Source: Candidatus Multivoradales bacterium
Lineage (GTDB): Bacteria > Acidobacteriota > Thermoanaerobaculia > Multivoradales > JAHEKO01
DNA: 64,000 nucleotides
Direction: 5' to 3'
Assembly (NCBI GenBank): GCA_965223155.1
Contig: CBDCVR010000014.1
Span: 512,001-576,000 of the forward strand
Notes under the pieces: model-generated
The model's input: the letters and a program-made list of their open reading frames with translations, nothing else
The model's database searches: none
Told to the model about the DNA's origin: nothing
Shown: positions 58,820 to 64,000 of the stretch, in pieces
How the letters are laid out: each line of letters opens with the position of its first letter
Position numbering within the stretch: position 1 is the stretch's first letter
Made by a program: the position numbers and the translations under genes

Positions 58820-59095
58820 CTATCTCTTCAACAGCGGCGTGACGACGCGGCTGGCACTTTGTTCCCGCTCTCCCCAGCTCAGCATCTCGTCGATGTCGCC
58901 CGTAGGAAAGGCGTTCTCCATTGCCATCCGAAGAACATCGAGCTTGGCGCGCGTGTCGGCAGCACCCTCCTCAGCGCACGCTCGTCGTAGGCTCTGCAGA
59001 ACCCACTCCCCAACTGTCAGGCGCTGCCGCCTGGCGGCCACCGTGATCTCGTCGAATTCCGCTTCATCCAGGACGACTTGAAGGCGCTTACTCAT
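58820..59095 (-). CDS. orphan RHH/VapB-like antitoxin
   Basis: MSKRLQVVLDEAEF..I...ARRQ.LTVGEWV...FPTGDIDEML; no toxin gene follows. Confidence 0.7.
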   Translation of the reverse strand: MSKRLQVVLDEAEFDEITVAARRQRLTVGEWVLQSLRRACAEEGAADTRAKLDVLRMAMENAFPTGDIDEMLSWGEREQSASRVVTPLLKR

Positions 59096-59245
59096 AGCGT
59101 GAGTATCCTATCGATGTTCGCTGACGAGCAAACTGGCCTCTTCCGGCCAACGAGAGCCTCCTATACCAGACGAATTGTAACGATGTGCTTCTCGCCCTTC
59201 TTCACGCCGCAAGGCCGCAAGGCTTAGGAAGATGCGAGGCTCACT

Positions 59246-59548
59246 CTAGGATCTTCGCTGTCGAAAGCGAAACCGTCCGTAGCTCCAAACCGTGCCAACG
59301 AGAGCAGAAAGCCAGCTCATCGCGCAGATCACACCGACTTCGCGTGGGGCTGCGTCGGGAACCCCACGCAACGCGGGCATGAGGACGCTGTAGACGGCGA
59401 AGACCGAGAAGAAGACTGGGGTCACGAGAAACAGGCTCCGGATCCAGCCGTGTAGACGTCCGACCTCCCGCCAGTATCCCTTCTGAAGGACCAAGAAGAG
59501 ACTGACTTGACCGATGATCGCTAGAGTGATTCCAATGAAGGTCCACAT
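59246..59548 (-). CDS. small 3-TM membrane protein (candidate immunity protein)
   Basis: 100 aa, hydrophobic, basic tail; starts 18 nt after the reconstructed stop of the IS-split gene. Confidence 0.65.
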   Translation of the reverse strand: MWTFIGITLAIIGQVSLFLVLQKGYWREVGRLHGWIRSLFLVTPVFFSVFAVYSVLMPALRGVPDAAPREVGVICAMSWLSALVGTVWSYGRFRFRQRRS

Positions 59549-59680
59549 GTGCCTATTGCCAGGGACTTACTCCGCGCCTCCTCGTCCCGAACAGCCCCCA
59601 CCGTCTGCTGGATCTTCCTCCGATGGCGGGGCGGGCATGCAATTGTCCACGAAGTTTAGGCAGCTTCCGAATCCCGCGAG

Positions 59681-61051
59681 GAGCTATGGTCGAAAGTTGT
59701 GTATGAGTTGAGATGAAGGCGGCGTATCCTGAGTCCGGTTTTCCAAATCGGATTCAAACCCTCAAAGAAGGAGGATACGCCTTGAGCAAGAGTAACGTAG
59801 TTTCGATTGACCGATCAGAGAGTTCGAGAGATGCCTTGACCGAAGTGCTTCGCCGCGGCTCACGCGAGTTGCTTCGCGAAGCGATCGAAGCCGAGGTCGA
59901 GAGCTTCCTGGCCGAGTACCGAGGCGAGCAAACGGAAGATGGCCGGCGCCGCATGGTTCGCAACGGCTACCTGCGCGAGCGTGAGATCCAGACGGGAATC
60001 GGAGGTGTGCCGGTGAAGGTGCCTCGGGTTCGGGATCGTGAAGGTGAGTTGGTCTTTCGCTCGAAGATCGCGCCTCCGTATCTCAGACGGGCCAAGAGCG
60101 TCGAGGAGCTGCTGCCGTGGCTCTATCTGCGCGGCATCTCCACCGGAGATTTCTCCGATGCCCTGGAAGCTCTGGTAGGCCCCGACGCCCCGGGGTTGTC
60201 AGCCGCGACGATCAGCCGTCTGAAGAAAGTCTGGGCCAAGGAGTACACCGACTGGCGCACCCGGGACTTGTCCTCCAAGCGCTACGTCTACGTGTGGGCG
60301 GATGGGATCCATACCAAGGCTCGTCTGGACGACGCGAAGCTGTGCCTGCTGGTACTGATTGGCGCCACCGAGGACGGCACCAAGGAGCTCATCGCCGTCG
60401 AAGACGGCTACCGCGAGAGCGAGGCTTCCTGGCTCGAGCTCTTGCGTGGACTCGAAGCGCGAGGGCTTGCCATCGAGCCGAAGCTGGCGACCGGTGACGG
60501 CGCTCTGGGCTTCTGGAAGGCCCTGGCTCAGGTCTGGAGCAACACCAAGACCCAGCGTTGCTGGGTCCACAAGACCGGCAACGTCTTGAACAAGATGCCC
60601 AAGGCCGTCCAGCCAAAGGCCAAGCAGGCGCTGCACCAGGTCTGGATGGCCGAAACGCGCGAGGCTGCCGAGCGAGCCTTCGATGCCTTCCTGTCGACCT
60701 ACGGGGCCAAGTACCCGAAGGCGACGCGTTGCCTGGCCAAGGATCGCAAGGTCCTGCTGACCTTCTACGATTTCCCGGCCGAGCATTGGGTCCATCTCAG
60801 GACCACGAACCCGATCGAGTCGACCTTTGCCACCGTACGCCTTCGAACGGCCAAGACCCGTGGTTGTCTCTCCCGCGAGACCATGCTCTCGATGGTCTTC
60901 AAGCTGAGCCAGAGTGCCGAGAAACGATGGCGGCGGCTACAGGGCTACAAGCGAATCGCCGACGTTGTCCGAGGTGTCAAATTCGTTGATGGAGAACCCA
61001 AGAACCGGATCGCCGCCTGAGTCACCCGTACACAACATTTGACGATAACTC
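59681..61051 (+). mobile_element. IS256-family insertion sequence with 9-bp target duplication
   Basis: IRs GAGCTATGGTCGAAAGTTGTGTA and TACACAACATTTGACGATAACTC (19/23 match); TSD TCCCGCGAG at 59672-59680 and 61052-61060. Confidence 0.95.
59782..61020 (+). CDS. IS256-family transposase
   Basis: RNGY, PRVRDR, YVWADG, GDGALGFW, QRCWVHK, RTTNPIES; TTG start after AAGGAGG. Confidence 0.95.
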   Translation: MSKSNVVSIDRSESSRDALTEVLRRGSRELLREAIEAEVESFLAEYRGEQTEDGRRRMVRNGYLREREIQTGIGGVPVKVPRVRDREGELVFRSKIAPPYLRRAKSVEELLPWLYLRGISTGDFSDALEALVGPDAPGLSAATISRLKKVWAKEYTDWRTRDLSSKRYVYVWADGIHTKARLDDAKLCLLVLIGATEDGTKELIAVEDGYRESEASWLELLRGLEARGLAIEPKLATGDGALGFWKALAQVWSNTKTQRCWVHKTGNVLNKMPKAVQPKAKQALHQVWMAETREAAERAFDAFLSTYGAKYPKATRCLAKDRKVLLTFYDFPAEHWVHLRTTNPIESTFATVRLRTAKTRGCLSRETMLSMVFKLSQSAEKRWRRLQGYKRIADVVRGVKFVDGEPKNRIAA

Positions 61052-62039
61052 TCCCGCGAGCCAAGACCCACCATAGGCCAGGACTGCAGTCATACAAGGC
61101 CAAGTAAGAACAACCGCACCTCCGACTATACATACATTGAGGGCTGTACCAACGGCCGCAGCTAGAAGCAAGACAGCTCCGGCGCAAATCGCCCCATCTC
61201 CGACGCATCCAACTCGTGCGATCTCTTCGTTGAACAGCGCAAGCCCAGACCAAAATTCCTGTGACTTGCGCTCCGAAAGATCTGCCAGCAACAACTCTGC
61301 GAATCGATAGTCCGCTTCGGTGAACGCCGGGTTGCCTCCAAAGGCCAGCTGACTCGGCCTGTTACCGATCGGGATCCATTCTTCGCCAGCCGCACCGCGG
61401 AGGCCCACGCTCGTTGGAGGCCCAAGCGGTCCCTGCTCGACGAACATCATCACGCCGTCACCGAACTGGAGTGCCATCCCATTGTGGATCGCCCAGTACC
61501 TCAACTCCAGAGACTCGCCCCAGGGACTGTTGATAACCATCGCTCCACCTCGGTGATGATGCTCGCGATGCTGGTACACCCCGTTCGCGGCTCGCATCTC
61601 AAATCCATTGGCTGCGCTCATTCGATGTGTCGGCCCGACGATGTTTCGTAAGCCTTGGGATTCCCAGATTGCCATCCTATGGTCTGCGGCAGGAGTCTCG
61701 TCCGACCTGCCCGCGGCCGATGCGCTTTCCATCCAAAGCGGCAAGAAAACAACGTACGCGGCTAGGGCTCGCGCCAAGATTCGCTTGATTTGTAGAGACA
61801 TACCACTCCTCCTCCTTGGACCAGGTCAACAGACCTGGCTGGTTCTACTTATCTAATTTCCGGAGCGGCAGACTTTCTGACAAGGAATTTGCATACGGTT
61901 CTTCTTTCGCGGTTGTAGATCGCCTTGCTCGGGCCAACGAGGGCTGTCGGTCCTTCCCTCTCAAGTGGCCCGTGGGAGAGGGGAGAGAGTTCAGCTGATG
62001 CTGGTGGGGCGTTCGCCCCGGCAGCCGTAGAATCGGGCC

Positions 62040-62366
62040 ATGAGACTCAAGCGCTCGCGGCTCACCGCAGCCACATCGCAAGCAGCCCTTGGAGTCGCAC
62101 TGCTCTACCTCGCCCTCTTGGTACTGGTCTTCGTATACCTGATTCCTTCCGACTCGTTGACTTGGGGCCAAGAGGCGCCAACTGCGCTCCAGCAACGCGC
62201 AGCACTCGATGTCTTGAGAGATCGTTCGGCTGTCACCACGGCACTGTTGATTGCATACCTCTGGCTCTCGGGACACGCAACTCGTCAACGAAGAGTTCTA
62301 ACGATGCTCTTGGTTTCCCTCAGCCTCGCTACTGGGCATCTTCTCCTGATGTCCGAGCTGGGCTAG
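62040..62366 (+). CDS. small 3-TM membrane protein
   Basis: Three hydrophobic segments; TAGAAT 6 nt before the ATG. Confidence 0.65.
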   Translation: MRLKRSRLTAATSQAALGVALLYLALLVLVFVYLIPSDSLTWGQEAPTALQQRAALDVLRDRSAVTTALLIAYLWLSGHATRQRRVLTMLLVSLSLATGHLLLMSELG

Positions 62367-62418
62367 CAGCTAGCCCAGCTCGGCACCTTGTGCCTGGGGG
62401 TTAGGTCTTGCAGGATGA

Positions 62419-62431
62419 GTATCCTGTCACC
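62419..62431 (-). repeat. REP-like repeat core copy
   Basis: Reverse complement GGTGACAGGATAC with self-complementary flanks. Confidence 0.7.
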
Positions 62432-62506
62432 GCTTCTGCCCACCTTGCTGTACTGGCTCAGTGCCTGTTCTGAAGCTCCGAGTATAGGTTCCTCTCAGGG
62501 GGGCGT

Positions 62507-62846
62507 TCAGCCTGAGATCGCACGCCCCACCTCTTCCGTAGAGCCGCCGAGGGCCAGGACTGATCGAGCCAGCTGATCGAGCGTGGCCTGGCCATTCTCC
62601 AGCTTCGACACTCGTCCCTGGCTGGTCTTCAGGATCTTGGCGACCCGCGCGGAGTTGGGAGAGCTTCTTCTTCAGGCGGTGGGAGAGCTTCTTCTTCAGG
62701 CGGTGAGCCTTGAGCTCCTCGCCCAAACGGATCTTCATGTCGATGACGGCGATTTCCTCGGGCGTGAGGTCGAGCCACTCCTCGACCGTCGTCACCCTCC
62801 CGCCCATCGCCTTGATTCGAGCCTTCTTCTTAGCACTTAGGGGCAT
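62507..62846 (-). pseudogene. HigA/XRE antitoxin, frameshifted
   Basis: 24-bp tandem duplication (HRLKKKLS x2), then a frameshift; the HTH VAKILKTSQGRVSKLENG...ISG* continues in another frame. Confidence 0.8.
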
Positions 62847-62858
62847 CGCTCACCTCTA

Positions 62859-63182
62859 TCAGTCCGTGTCGTACTCGCGGAGCAGTCTTCGAGCTTGGTC
62901 GATCACGCGCCTTGGCGTCCTGCTTGTCTTCTTGCTGAACACTCCGACCACGAGGATTGCATCTGCGTCCGTTCGGTAGATCACCCGCCAGGTCTGGCCC
63001 GCGTCGTTCACCCGCAACTCGTGGCAACGTCTTCCGATTGACGGCATAGGGCGCGAATGGGGCATCCCGACCCTCAAACCCTGCTGGAGCTGCCGAATCA
63101 AGAAGCCGATCTCGCGGCGTGCGTCGTTGGAGATTGGAGGCGTCTGGATTTCACCGTTCAGAACAACAAGAGGCTTGTCCAC
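62859..63182 (-). CDS. RelE/ParE (Gp49/HigB-like) toxin
   Basis: MPHSRPMPSIGRRCHELRV, WRVIYR, FSKKT..TP. Confidence 0.9.
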   Translation of the reverse strand: MDKPLVVLNGEIQTPPISNDARREIGFLIRQLQQGLRVGMPHSRPMPSIGRRCHELRVNDAGQTWRVIYRTDADAILVVGVFSKKTSRTPRRVIDQARRLLREYDTD

Positions 63183-63308
63183 GTGCTCCCTCCCATTGCT
63201 AAGTCATCATGCCCGATTCGGCATTGCGGCGTCAAGCCCAATCGGGCATATATCGTGGCGCCTTCGTCCGTCTAGACACCGTGATTTCAACCTACCGCGG
63301 TCGACCCC

Positions 63309-64000
<692 letters not shown>

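Larger units (their letters stand above)
59567..61801 (-). pseudogene. secreted Cys-hairpin (bacteriocin-like) protein interrupted by IS256; parts 61801-61052 and 59671-59567
   Basis: Removing the IS and one TSD copy restores the frame: ...YGGSWLAG|FGSCLNFVDNCMPAPP...GGAE*, 284 aa; strong SD AAGGAGGAGG. Confidence 0.85.

Noticed and set aside
61022-61051. C-terminus ELSSNVVYG of ORF 61022..61801
   Set aside because: Encoded by the IS256 right end; not the native C-terminus.
49674-62435. CRISPR array or integron attC array
   Set aside because: Repeats are in mixed orientation and kilobases apart, with no constant spacers, no GTTRRRY/RYYYAAC cores, and no cas or intI gene in the window.
63266-63273. 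GTCCGTCT as a fifth cognate-sigma promoter
   Set aside because: No GAA at the 12-13 nt spacing, and it points antisense into the ligA 3' end.

Overview
High-GC bacterial chromosome segment. The gene style (Ser/Thr kinases fused to PD40/TolB repeats, zf-HC2 and CHAT proteins, PadR-RDD) suggests Acidobacteriota, possibly Thermoanaerobaculia-like; this is inference. Positions 1-37 kb are mostly housekeeping and signalling genes: three Ser/Thr kinases, OsmC, a dynamin-like GTPase, tRNA-Arg(UCG), gdhA, 1-Cys peroxiredoxin, an ECF/anti-sigma set and two cNMP-PilZ proteins. Positions ~37-63 kb form an accessory region next to ligA with three standout features. (1) An atypical sigma factor, a ZAS anti-sigma and a probably lipoprotein TPR-CHAT protease, with trypsin, SGNH and patatin-type genes; four transcription units share one promoter-like motif, GAA-N12/13-GTCCGTC. 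(2) An IS1111-type (IS110 family) element inserted into a REP-like palindrome; its 3' non-coding end folds into a bridge/seekRNA whose loops match both that repeat and the element's own junction. (3) An IS256 with a 9-bp target duplication that splits a secreted protein; once the IS is removed, a mirror-symmetric C-X6-C-X17-C-X11-C-X17-C-X6-C hydrophobic hairpin appears, followed by a small membrane (immunity-like) gene. All calls are by eye; no database searches were run.
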